From assembly GCA_963720265.1 (NCBI GenBank), contig CAVRET010000002.1, forward strand, positions 584,704-648,703: a stretch of DNA of 64,000 nucleotides, in the 5' to 3' direction. The notes under the pieces are model-generated. The model made no database searches and had not been told where the DNA came from. It saw only the letters and a list, made by a program, of their open reading frames with translations. The DNA comes from an uncultured bacterium. Its GTDB lineage: Bacteria; Patescibacteriota; Saccharimonadia; UBA4664. Positions 27,924 through 37,241 of the stretch are shown here, piece by piece; position 1 is the stretch's first letter; the number at the start of each line of letters is the position of its first letter. The translations under genes were made by a program, and so were the position numbers.

Positions 27924-28795
27924 AACGCCCCCAGCTCGCCTACCCGCTGCCGGCGGGCCAGGCCGGCGACCCGGGTTACTTCGAGCCCGACAGCCTCGTC
28001 TGGCGCATTATGCGCGAGCGTGTACTCGTGCTAGGGGGTGTACCGGCCGTACTGCTGCAACTCGCCCATCCCTTGATTGCCGCCGCCCTCACAGAACATT
28101 CAAACTTTAAAGCCAATACCTTCCGGCGCCTCAAACACACCCTTACCGCCGCCCTGTGGGTCAGTTTCGGCGACCATGACACGGCCCATGATGCGGCCGC
28201 ACGAGTGGCCAAGTCGCACCGGCCGGTTGAGGGCAAATTGGCTGCCGCACACGGCCCGTGGCAAGCCGGTGCGCCCTACAGTGCCACTGACCCTGCGCTC
28301 GACCTTTGGGTCTACGGCACGACCATAGAACTGTTTCTTAACACCTATGACCATTTTGTTCGCCGATTGAGCTTCAGCGAGCGTGAACAATACTATAACG
28401 CCAGCAAGCCGGTCGGCGCACTCTTTGGTGTCACGCCTACGGTCAGGCCAAAAAGTTATCCCGATTTTAAGCGCTATTACAACGATATGTTAGCGAGTCC
28501 GCAGCTCGTGATTGATGAGCCGGCTGCGGAGCTGGCCAGAACCGTCTTTACAATCAAGGTCTACGGCCTGCCACTCGCACCGTTAAAACGGGTTATTTGC
28601 GCCGAACTCTTGCCTCGCGAGCTGGCGACGGCTTATGGCTTGCAGACCAATCGTTTCTCAAGCCTCTGTTTCCGTGCACTCGGCTCCACAAGCCGCAGCC
28701 TCATGCCGCTCTTGCCTACAAGACTCAGATATTGGCGGCATTATCACACGGCCCTGCGCCGATGCCCCGTTTCGCTTACAGAAAAAAAGCATTAG
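27920..28795 (+). CDS. DUF2236 (MpaB-type oxygenase-like) domain protein
   Basis: GGVPAVLLQLAHPLIAAAL, typical of DUF2236; overlaps the pgk stop by 4 nt (ATGA). Confidence 0.45.
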   Translation: MKRPQLAYPLPAGQAGDPGYFEPDSLVWRIMRERVLVLGGVPAVLLQLAHPLIAAALTEHSNFKANTFRRLKHTLTAALWVSFGDHDTAHDAAARVAKSHRPVEGKLAAAHGPWQAGAPYSATDPALDLWVYGTTIELFLNTYDHFVRRLSFSEREQYYNASKPVGALFGVTPTVRPKSYPDFKRYYNDMLASPQLVIDEPAAELARTVFTIKVYGLPLAPLKRVICAELLPRELATAYGLQTNRFSSLCFRALGSTSRSLMPLLPTRLRYWRHYHTALRRCPVSLTEKKH

Positions 28796-28799
28796 TATA

Positions 28800-29585
28800 A
28801 TGAGGAACATGAAACGCCTCATCGTCGCCAACTGGAAAATGAATCTCGGGCCGGCTGAGGCTAGTCTACTCGTGAAGCGGCTTGAGCAAAAAATCAAGCC
28901 AACATCTGAGGTTGATGTGGTCATCTGCCCGCCGTTTGTCGATCTTGTACCGCTCGCCCGCGACCTCGACCATGACAAGCTCGCCCTCGGCGCACAAACC
29001 ATCCACGACGCCGATTCCGGCCCCTTTACCGGCGAGATTTCTGCCCCCATGTTAGACGGCTTGGCCAACTACGCCATCATCGGCCACTCCGAGCGCCGCG
29101 CCATGGGCGAAACCGACCCCATGATTGCGAAAAAATTGGCTGCCGCGGTTCGCAACCACCTCATCCCTATCCTCTGTGTCGGCGAAAACCTGCATGAGCG
29201 CGGGTCCGGCCTCGCAGCAAAAGTGGTGACCGATCAGCTCACGGCTGACCTCCGTGACCTCACGGCTGAAGATATATCAGGCCTGGTGGTCGCCTATGAA
29301 CCGGTTTGGTCAATCAATCATCACGACGGCAAGCCGGTTAAACACGCGCTGCCTGAAGATATTAAGTTTGCCTACTCCACGATCCGCACCACTCTCGAAG
29401 AACTCTACGGCGAAGCCGGCCCGGCCAACGTGCGTTTACTGTACGGCGGCTCGGTTGATCCTGACCATTGCCGCGCCTACCTCGAAATGCAGTATGTCGA
29501 CGGCCTGCTTGTCGGCACCGACAGTCTTAATTATGAGGACTTTAGCAAAATCGTCGCCACAGCCCAAAAACTGGCGCAATCATAG
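28800..29585 (+). CDS. tpiA: triosephosphate isomerase
   Basis: MKRLIVANWKMN, AIIGHSERR, YEPVWSIN, LYGGSV. The longer ORF from 28635 overlaps the upstream gene; start taken at the ATG at 28800/28809. Confidence 0.8.
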   Translation: MRNMKRLIVANWKMNLGPAEASLLVKRLEQKIKPTSEVDVVICPPFVDLVPLARDLDHDKLALGAQTIHDADSGPFTGEISAPMLDGLANYAIIGHSERRAMGETDPMIAKKLAAAVRNHLIPILCVGENLHERGSGLAAKVVTDQLTADLRDLTAEDISGLVVAYEPVWSINHHDGKPVKHALPEDIKFAYSTIRTTLEELYGEAGPANVRLLYGGSVDPDHCRAYLEMQYVDGLLVGTDSLNYEDFSKIVATAQKLAQS

Positions 29586-29626
29586 GCATTGTGGTACACA
29601 TAAGAGCATAAGGGGAAAAGTCAAAA

Positions 29627-30844
29627 ATGTTCGCAATGGTATCTGGCCTCATGGCGTTGCTCGTGCAGGTTTTTAGTTTGTTTACGCCCATCAGCTTAAG
29701 TGCCCCGACCTCTACCGTGTCCGCCGGTCCGGCCACAGAGGCAGTTTGTCCAGCCGCCGCCAACATGCAGGCAACCTGCTTGTCGTGGGTACGCGCGATG
29801 TCCGGTGATCATTTCCAGGCCGCTGCGAGATCCAACGCACAGCCGGCCGGACTAAGCCCGACTCAGCTCAAAAACGCCTACGGGGTAACTACTTCCGGAA
29901 CTGGCAGCCTGGCCGTGATCACCGCCTATGACAACCCGCGCCTAACGTCAGATCTTGCCACCTATGACCAAACCTTTGGTCTACCTACGTTCCCTAGCTG
30001 CACAGCCAGCCTGCAAACCGGCTGCTTTGCCAAAATGAGCCAAACCGGCAGTACTACCTTCATGCCCACCCCCAATCGCGGCTGGGCACTCGAAGCGGAC
30101 CTAGATGTTGAGCTCGCGCACGCCACCTGCCCGAGCTGCCGCCTGACCATTGTGGAGGCCAACAATGCCTCCATTACCAATCTGCTGGCCGCAGTCGACC
30201 GCGCCGTCACCATTGGGGCTCACGTAGTTTCAATGTCGTGGGGCGCCGGCGAATTCTCCTCCGAAACCTCCTACGACAGTCACTTTACAAACCCCAATGT
30301 CAACTTTGTGGCCGCTGCCGGTGACTCGGGTTACAGTGTCGGCTGGCCGGCCGCCTCAAATCATGTACTGGCCGTTGGTGGCACTCATCTGGTGCTCAAC
30401 TCGAATGGCACCCGCGCCTCTGAAACCGTTTGGAACGACACCGGTTCGGGCTGCAGCGCCTACGAGACCAAGCCGGCCTGGCAAACCGATACTGCTCCCG
30501 GCGACTGTGTCCGCCGCACATCCAACGACATCGCAGCCGACGCTGACCCCAACACTGGTGCAGCTATTTACGCCGGTTACAGCCCATACGGCTCGGGTTG
30601 GCTCGTCATCGGTGGGACTAGTCTGGCGACACCACTCGTTTCGGGCATGATCGCTGACTCCCCGGCCGCCACGCAGTCCGCGCTGCTCACAAGCGTCTAC
30701 GGCGCGCTCGGTAACACTGCGGACCTCTACGATGTCACCGTAGGCCAGGACGGCCACTGCTCGCCGGCCTATCTCTGCACCGCCGGCACCGGTTACGACG
30801 GCCCCACCGGCGTCGGTGCACCCACCGGACTTGGCGCGTTCTAA
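29627..30844 (+). CDS. secreted subtilase-superfamily (S8/S53, sedolisin-like) serine peptidase
   Basis: Signal peptide, sedolisin-like pro-domain (LSPTQLKNAYGV), AAAGDSGYS, and GGTSLATPLVSGMIA (catalytic Ser motif). Confidence 0.5.
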   Translation: MFAMVSGLMALLVQVFSLFTPISLSAPTSTVSAGPATEAVCPAAANMQATCLSWVRAMSGDHFQAAARSNAQPAGLSPTQLKNAYGVTTSGTGSLAVITAYDNPRLTSDLATYDQTFGLPTFPSCTASLQTGCFAKMSQTGSTTFMPTPNRGWALEADLDVELAHATCPSCRLTIVEANNASITNLLAAVDRAVTIGAHVVSMSWGAGEFSSETSYDSHFTNPNVNFVAAAGDSGYSVGWPAASNHVLAVGGTHLVLNSNGTRASETVWNDTGSGCSAYETKPAWQTDTAPGDCVRRTSNDIAADADPNTGAAIYAGYSPYGSGWLVIGGTSLATPLVSGMIADSPAATQSALLTSVYGALGNTADLYDVTVGQDGHCSPAYLCTAGTGYDGPTGVGAPTGLGAF

Positions 30845-30927
30845 GCGTCGCTTTGCAAAACTGCTGACTCAGTATAGCCGCGTTGACAGCTTTTTAACCG
30901 TCGCCTGCCAGTCCGATATGGTCTAGA

Positions 30928-31365
30928 ATGGGCAGCATGGACCTGAAACTCACTCCCAAGGAATACCTCAAACTGATTGAACTAGCTTATCTCGGCGAAT
31001 GGATGATTAACGCGCATCACGACCCCGAGGTGCAGGATGACTCAGCCAGCCAGGTGCTGCAGCGCCTCTTGGCTGCCGGACCACCCGCCGAAGCGAGCCG
31101 CGATGAGGAAACAGGGCAGTACTATCTGTCGACCGAGTGGATCGACCGCGTCTACGATACCTACATCCTAGATTACGATGATCATGTCTTTTGGGATGAG
31201 CTGACTGAGCGTTTGGCCGGTCGAGATCTCGCTCGTCAACGTGGAATTGATGTCGAAGAGATTGACCGCGATGAAAACCTATCAGAATTACGTCCACTCG
31301 AAGAAAAATACCGCGACGAACTAGAGACATACGGAATCGAGCGGCTCGGTATCATGGGCTATTAA
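30928..31365 (+). CDS. hypothetical acidic protein
   Basis: 145-aa ORF, D/E-rich. Confidence 0.4.
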   Translation: MGSMDLKLTPKEYLKLIELAYLGEWMINAHHDPEVQDDSASQVLQRLLAAGPPAEASRDEETGQYYLSTEWIDRVYDTYILDYDDHVFWDELTERLAGRDLARQRGIDVEEIDRDENLSELRPLEEKYRDELETYGIERLGIMGY

Positions 31366-31398
31366 GGCGAAACATAACAGTTATGGTATACTACACGC

Positions 31399-32733
31399 AT
31401 GAAGTGCCCTAACTGCGGCAATGAGATGGTACAGTCACGCGCCGGCTGGCTCTGTTTGGCTTGTGGGCACGTTGTAACCGAAAATAAGCCCCTCGTGCCA
31501 ACGGCTACCATCACCAAAGGTAGCGGCAACGCCGACGCAAGCTCGAGGCCGGAAGAGCCTCAGGCATCCCCGCTCTCGCCACCGGCTCCAGTTTCTGAAC
31601 CGTCAAATGAGGAGACTGCAGATACATCGGACGATCAAGCAGATGCTCAGGTCGATGATAATACAGACAACGAGGAAGACACTCAGGCCGCGCCGCCCGA
31701 ACCGCCGGTTACCATGCCTGCGACCACCGATCCTAATTCGCAGGCGGAAGCTGCCGAAGAATCTTCAGCGCCAGCTGATGCAGCCGAATCGCCGGCTACC
31801 GTGGCGGCCGATGCGATGCCTGAAACCGATGCCAAGTCGGAAGCGGAACCAGAGGCAGACTCAGGATCAAAACCAGCAGCGGAACAGCCAATGGAACCGG
31901 AGCCGATAACCGTCAGCGAGCCAAAGCCCGAGTCGGCACCGGAAGATGCGTCAGAGGCCAGCGCTATACCCGAACCTGACGATCAGCCAACATCTCAGCC
32001 AGAACCGGCCGCCGACGATTCCGGATCAGTGAGCGAACCGGTTCCATCGGCCGAGCCGGCAGTTGGGCCGCCAATTGAGGCGGAACCTGCACCTTCCACC
32101 GAGCCGGACTCTGCACCGGTGACCAACCCAGAACCACAACCAGAACCAGCGCCACCGGCGCCGTCGCAGCCGCTCCAACCCCCGGCTGGTCCAGTCGCCT
32201 CAGATAACCAATCCGCACAATCCCCCGACATGCTCAACGCCAAGCCCCCGTTCACACCAGCTACTCATCCGCGTCCGGTGAGCCCTGCGGTGAAGGCCGG
32301 CGCCACTGCGGTAATAGCCGTCGTCGTGCTTGCTACTGGTGTCCTGTACTTCTCGCACTCGTCCAAACTCGCCGCCGATCATACATTGTCTACTGCACCT
32401 GCAGCCTCAGCGCCGACCTCACCATCTGCCATTGCCGAGGCTAGTCGCGACGCGGAGCGCAAGGCCGATGTCGCCGCCCTGCTCAGAGCCTATCAGGCTG
32501 CAGTCACAAACAGCCCTTTCCCGACCGCGCCGCCCTCCGTAAGTGTCAACAGCGTTGATCCTACCACGGGCCAAAATTACGTCATCATCACCACCAAGCC
32601 AACTTCGCTTGGTCAGGTCCAGTATCAGGCAGGAGCAACCTGTGGCTCAACCAGTGTCACCAACGGCTCGCTAGCCTTGTCGACCGAGCTCGAATCCGGC
32701 TCAACCTATTGCGTCGACGCTCAATCTCAATAA
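31399..32733 (+). CDS. zinc-ribbon protein with a long acidic/Pro-rich disordered region, one TM helix and a C-terminal extracellular domain
   Basis: MKCPNCGNEMVQSRAGWLCLACG; about 250 aa of E/P/A/S low complexity; TM helix AGATAVIAVVVLATGVLYF. Confidence 0.45.
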   Translation: MKCPNCGNEMVQSRAGWLCLACGHVVTENKPLVPTATITKGSGNADASSRPEEPQASPLSPPAPVSEPSNEETADTSDDQADAQVDDNTDNEEDTQAAPPEPPVTMPATTDPNSQAEAAEESSAPADAAESPATVAADAMPETDAKSEAEPEADSGSKPAAEQPMEPEPITVSEPKPESAPEDASEASAIPEPDDQPTSQPEPAADDSGSVSEPVPSAEPAVGPPIEAEPAPSTEPDSAPVTNPEPQPEPAPPAPSQPLQPPAGPVASDNQSAQSPDMLNAKPPFTPATHPRPVSPAVKAGATAVIAVVVLATGVLYFSHSSKLAADHTLSTAPAASAPTSPSAIAEASRDAERKADVAALLRAYQAAVTNSPFPTAPPSVSVNSVDPTTGQNYVIITTKPTSLGQVQYQAGATCGSTSVTNGSLALSTELESGSTYCVDAQSQ

Positions 32734-32794
32734 TTGCCGCAGTCAAAGTAACGCTCCATGCGTGTAACGTGACGCAACCGCACGAAATAGCAAA

Positions 32795-35700
32795 TTGCGC
32801 TATCATCAGGAGGTGCATCCACTCCTTTCTGAACTCAACGACGAACAACGCCGCGCCGCCGAGACCATAAACGGCCCGGTACTCATTTTGGCCGGCGCGG
32901 GTAGCGGCAAAACCAAAGCTCTCACGCACCGCATCGCCTACCTGGTAGCAGAAAAGCGCGTCCGGCCGTTGAACATTCTGGCCGTCACCTTTACCAACAA
33001 AGCCGCGGCCGAAATGCGCGGCCGTGTTCTGGGTTTGCTCAACCTGCCGCCGGACAGCCGTAGCTATTTCCCATTTATCGGCACGTTCCATTCCATCGCC
33101 CTCAGGCTGTTACGCGCCAACGCTGCCGTAGCCGGCTTGCCGTCCAACTTCCTCGTTTTCGATGCGGCTGATTCGCAGGCCGCGGTCAAACGTGCCCTCC
33201 GCAGCGCTGCCGTTGACGACAAGAAATTCACTCCCAATCTCATTGCAAACCTCATCTCCAGCGCCAAAAATGAACTCATCGGGCCAAAAGCTTATGCCAA
33301 ACTGGCGGCCGGTCAGGCTGGGAGTGTAGCCGCCAAAGTGTATCCCCTCTACCAAGCCATCTTGGCCGAAGCCGGCGCGCTCGATTTCGACGACCTGCTT
33401 TTCCGCACGGTTGAACTCCTGCGTGACAATCCCGAAGTTTTGGCCAAATACCAGCAGCAATTCCAATACATCATGGTCGATGAGTATCAAGACACCAACC
33501 ATGCCCAGTACCAATTCACCAAATTGCTGGCAGCAAGCCATCATAATCTCTGCGTCGTGGGCGACGACTGGCAGTGTCTGCCCCCGACCACGGTAATTGA
33601 AACTGCATCAGGTCCCAAGCGAATCAAAGATGTTGCCAAAGGCGAGCTTGTACGAGCCGCCGCAGGATTCGGCAAGACAGCCATGTTTAAAGTGCGAAAC
33701 ACTCGTGAAACATGGTTCAACGGCGGTTTAATTCAGCTCAAAACAGCCTCCGGACGCGAGCTTACTTGCACACCGGGCCATATTCTTTTTGCGAAATTCG
33801 CGCAAACGGACGCTTACTTCGTATATCTAATGTACGCGCATAAGATTGGATATCGAATCGGCGTTGCCAAGGGAACAAGGTTTGACGGAAAACTCTACGA
33901 TATTGGACTAAGAGTGCGCGCAAATCAGGAACGCGCTGATCATATATGGGTACTCAAAGTATGCGACGACAAGGCCGAGGCCATGTTTACCGAAAGTCTC
34001 CTCGCTTATAACTATGGCATTCCCATGACTGTCTTCCGGGCCTACGCAAACCGGCGCATGAAGTTCGATCAACTGTACATTGACCGGCTGTATCAGGAAA
34101 TCGACACCGAAAAACGGGCCAGGCATCTAATGGCCGATGTCGGGCTAATGTTCGACTACCCCCACTTCTCGCCGCAGGCGACAACGAGAAACGGGCGCAA
34201 GCGGGTGAGCATCAACATTGTGCTTTTTGGTGACCGACGAACAACGGCACAAAGCCCATGGTCTGCAAGTCGAATGTCCGCCAACACTTCTGATACGCAA
34301 GACCTGCAGTGGTTCGAGCAGGTTGGGTATTCGATACGTCCCGGAAGAGCGGATACATACCGCTCGGAAACACAAAATCTAGATTTCGGCAAGATTGAGC
34401 AAACACTGCAATCAATGGGTGTCGAGCATACTGACAATCTAGAAATAAGCCGGTGGGCTTATCTCACCGATCATAGATTTAGTTTCATGCCTGCAGCCCA
34501 AATCCACCGCGAAATGATGGTGGCTCAACTAGATTCCAGCGGCCAGCTAGTTGAGGACAGGGTAACAGCCACAAGCAAAGTGAACTATTCAGGTCCGGTC
34601 TTCGATCTTGACATCGATTATGTGCACAACTATCTAGCAAACGGTATTGCGGTCCACAACTCCATTTATTCCTGGAGGGGCGCAAATTTCCAAACAATCC
34701 TCGATTTTGAAAAAGACTATCCCGAAGCTACCATTATTAAACTTGAACAGAATTATCGCTCCACCAAGCCGATACTAGATGCCGCTCACGCCGTCATAAC
34801 CAAAAATCGCGTCCGCAGTGATAAAAAGCTCTGGACCAATCGCGAAGGGGGAGCGGGCCTGGGCATCGCCAACGTTTACAACGAAATCCAAGAGGCCGAG
34901 TGGGTGGTCCGGCAAATCCGCGACCTGCAAGTGGCCGAAAAGCGTGAGCTCTACGATTTTGCCGTTCTATATCGCACCAATGCACAGTCGCGCTCACTCG
35001 AGGAAGGCTTCTTGCGCGCAGGTGTTCCCTACAAAATCGTCGGTGGCACGCGTTTCTACGAGCGCAAAGAAATCAAAGACGCGCTGGCCTATCTGCGCTT
35101 CATCTACCAGCCCGACGACGCCGTCAGCTTCGGCCGCATCATCAATGTACCGGCCAGGGGTTTAGGTGATGTTACCCTCCAGCGCCTTGAACAGTGGCGC
35201 GCAAACGCAGCCGGCACAGCCCGTCCCACCAACTTACTCGACGCATCCCGAACGGCCGACCAAATCCCCGGCCTCCAAGCCAGGGCCGCCGTAGCACTCA
35301 AGGCCTTCGCCGACCTCATCGACGAACTTCGCACGAAGTCCACCTCGCTCGATCCGGCCGCCCTCCTTGACCTCACCTTAAAGCGCTCTGGCTACCTGGC
35401 CTCGCTCGACGACGGCTCCATCTCAGCCGCCGATCGCATCGAAAACGTCAAAGAGCTCCTGTCTGTCGCCGAAACCTACAACGGCCTCGGTCTCCAAGCC
35501 TTTCTCGAGGAAATCGCCCTCATCTCCGACCTCGACAACTATTCCGAATCCACCAATGCCGTCACACTCATGACCCTCCACGCCGCCAAGGGCCTGGAGT
35601 TTCCCGTCGTCTTCATCGTCGGCATGGAAGAAGGCATTTTCCCGCACTCGCGCGCGCTGTTTGATGCCGAGCAAATGGAGGAGGAGCGCCGATTGTGTTA

Positions 35701-36130
35701 CGTCGGCTTCACTCGGGCCAAGGAGCGCCTGTTTCTCGTTTACGCCAACTCGCGCTTGCTCTACGGTGCCACCAACCACAACCCGCCCAGCCGTTTCCTG
35801 CTCGATATCCCGCCTGAGCTGCAGGCGGCTGGCAGTGAATGGGGCAGCGCCTCCCGTGGCACGGCCGTTACCGGCCACTCGGCGGGCGCCGGCAGTTGGT
35901 CGCTCGGCACGCTCACTACGACCGGCCTACCGGCCACCGAGGCCCAGGCCGCGGCTCATCGCGAAACCATGCTTGGCCTCGATCTTGCCCCCGGCGACCG
36001 CATCCGTCATGCCAAATTCGGCGAGGGCCTGGTATCAGAAGTCGCGGGCGACGAAATTACCGCCACGTTCGAAGGCCTGGGTCAAAAGCGCCTCTCCCTA
36101 GCATTCGCTCCAATTGAGAAAATCAGCTAA
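32795..36130 (+). CDS. uvrD: ATP-dependent DNA helicase UvrD/PcrA, interrupted in-frame by an intein
   Basis: Walker A AGAGSGKT; motif II VDEYQDTN; motif III split as VVGDDWQ / SIYSWRGA around the intein; helicase C-terminal motifs LHAAKGLEFPVVF, VGFTRAKERL. Confidence 0.8.
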   Translation: MRYHQEVHPLLSELNDEQRRAAETINGPVLILAGAGSGKTKALTHRIAYLVAEKRVRPLNILAVTFTNKAAAEMRGRVLGLLNLPPDSRSYFPFIGTFHSIALRLLRANAAVAGLPSNFLVFDAADSQAAVKRALRSAAVDDKKFTPNLIANLISSAKNELIGPKAYAKLAAGQAGSVAAKVYPLYQAILAEAGALDFDDLLFRTVELLRDNPEVLAKYQQQFQYIMVDEYQDTNHAQYQFTKLLAASHHNLCVVGDDWQCLPPTTVIETASGPKRIKDVAKGELVRAAAGFGKTAMFKVRNTRETWFNGGLIQLKTASGRELTCTPGHILFAKFAQTDAYFVYLMYAHKIGYRIGVAKGTRFDGKLYDIGLRVRANQERADHIWVLKVCDDKAEAMFTESLLAYNYGIPMTVFRAYANRRMKFDQLYIDRLYQEIDTEKRARHLMADVGLMFDYPHFSPQATTRNGRKRVSINIVLFGDRRTTAQSPWSASRMSANTSDTQDLQWFEQVGYSIRPGRADTYRSETQNLDFGKIEQTLQSMGVEHTDNLEISRWAYLTDHRFSFMPAAQIHREMMVAQLDSSGQLVEDRVTATSKVNYSGPVFDLDIDYVHNYLANGIAVHNSIYSWRGANFQTILDFEKDYPEATIIKLEQNYRSTKPILDAAHAVITKNRVRSDKKLWTNREGGAGLGIANVYNEIQEAEWVVRQIRDLQVAEKRELYDFAVLYRTNAQSRSLEEGFLRAGVPYKIVGGTRFYERKEIKDALAYLRFIYQPDDAVSFGRIINVPARGLGDVTLQRLEQWRANAAGTARPTNLLDASRTADQIPGLQARAAVALKAFADLIDELRTKSTSLDPAALLDLTLKRSGYLASLDDGSISAADRIENVKELLSVAETYNGLGLQAFLEEIALISDLDNYSESTNAVTLMTLHAAKGLEFPVVFIVGMEEGIFPHSRALFDAEQMEEERRLCYVGFTRAKERLFLVYANSRLLYGATNHNPPSRFLLDIPPELQAAGSEWGSASRGTAVTGHSAGAGSWSLGTLTTTGLPATEAQAAAHRETMLGLDLAPGDRIRHAKFGEGLVSEVAGDEITATFEGLGQKRLSLAFAPIEKIS
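33575..34660 (+). mobile_element. intein (362 aa) inserted in UvrD helicase motif III
   Basis: Begins Cys (CLPPTTVIET...GELV, block A), TCTPGH (block B), ends NGIAVHN followed by extein Ser (block G); the central ~200 aa could hold a degenerate or unrecognised endonuclease domain. Confidence 0.75.
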
Positions 36131-36184
36131 TCATGCCTGACACCCGGTTGACGGCCGAGCTGATCAGTTCCAAAATATGGTCAC

Positions 36185-36817
36185 TTGCCGCCCCATCAAC
36201 CTATAGGAGCATTCATGGAGCAGGGCAAAAGCACCAGCCTCGATCACGATGCTACCGCAACCGCCAGGGACGTCGCTGGGCAGATTGAAAAGCTCAGTTA
36301 TCTAGTTCAGATGCTGCTCACAAGCGCATCTCTCATAGTTACCCGGCTCACTCTGACCCAGCAGCGGCGAGCGTTTGAGCTCGTCTGCCCACTTGTACAG
36401 CAGCTCGTCGAGCTTACCGATCTGAGCATCCTGTGCCAGGGGTTGGCGTTGTCGGCCCACTTGAACCTCGGTGCAGCACCGGAGCCAAAAGTGAGCGAGA
36501 CCGATCGGCTGTGCGAGGGACTGAATAATGTATCGCAACAGCTGCTCATGATCGCACAACAATCCCAAAGCCGGCTGTCTCAAGCCCAGCAACGGCAAGC
36601 CTGCGATGCTGGGCACGATCTTGCTCAGCGGGTCGCGGAACTCTCCGAGCTCAGTCTCACCTGTCGCCAGATTGCACTAGCAAGCCGGCTTGGCAAAGCA
36701 CCGTCACGATCTCGGGGTGCGTCCTCACGAGCCTACGACCGCGCTACCGAACCCCTTGAGGTCAGCAATCCAGACATTGACCGGGTCATCGAGCTGCTGC
36801 ATGCCCGTACGCAGTGA
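36185..36817 (+). CDS. hypothetical coiled-coil/alpha-helical protein
   Basis: 210-aa ORF, Leu/Gln-rich heptad-like repeats. Confidence 0.35.
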   Translation: MPPHQPIGAFMEQGKSTSLDHDATATARDVAGQIEKLSYLVQMLLTSASLIVTRLTLTQQRRAFELVCPLVQQLVELTDLSILCQGLALSAHLNLGAAPEPKVSETDRLCEGLNNVSQQLLMIAQQSQSRLSQAQQRQACDAGHDLAQRVAELSELSLTCRQIALASRLGKAPSRSRGASSRAYDRATEPLEVSNPDIDRVIELLHARTQ

Positions 36818-36832
36818 CCGGCCGAAGACCAG

Positions 36833-37186
36833 GTGGTTGAGCCGCCACTCAGCGCAACTCAAAGGTTTGTGATCGCGGTCTTGCGGCTTGCCGCAGACCC
36901 TTCCAACCGCATGGTCACGCTCCGAGTCCGGCCGGCCGACCTGATCGGGAACTGCCAGATGGGTCCTGCCATCGATGCCCGGCGGATTGCGCTCTGGGTA
37001 CTGTGGCACGAGACCAATCTCACCAATGACCAACTCTCCAGGTTGATCGGCAAACCGGTCTCCAGGGTCAAGATCTACCTGACATATATTCAAAAACTAG
37101 CTGGTGTCAGCGCTGACCGGTTGCGCCAACTCCAAGCCATCGTCGCTGCCGCCCACGCGAGGTCGGACCAGGCGGAAAGAGAATGA
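36833..37186 (+). CDS. small protein resembling the DnaA C-terminal DNA-binding (HTH) domain
   Basis: ARRIALWVLWHETNLTNDQLSRLIGKPVSRVKIY resembles the DnaA domain IV pattern (R.IAMYL.RELT..S...IG..FG.RDHTTV). Confidence 0.35.
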   Translation: MVEPPLSATQRFVIAVLRLAADPSNRMVTLRVRPADLIGNCQMGPAIDARRIALWVLWHETNLTNDQLSRLIGKPVSRVKIYLTYIQKLAGVSADRLRQLQAIVAAAHARSDQAERE

Positions 37187-37241
37187 ACGGTCGGCTCCAC
37201 CGCCGCCGGTGGCTCCTCGTTCATAAAGGGGCCACCGGCGT

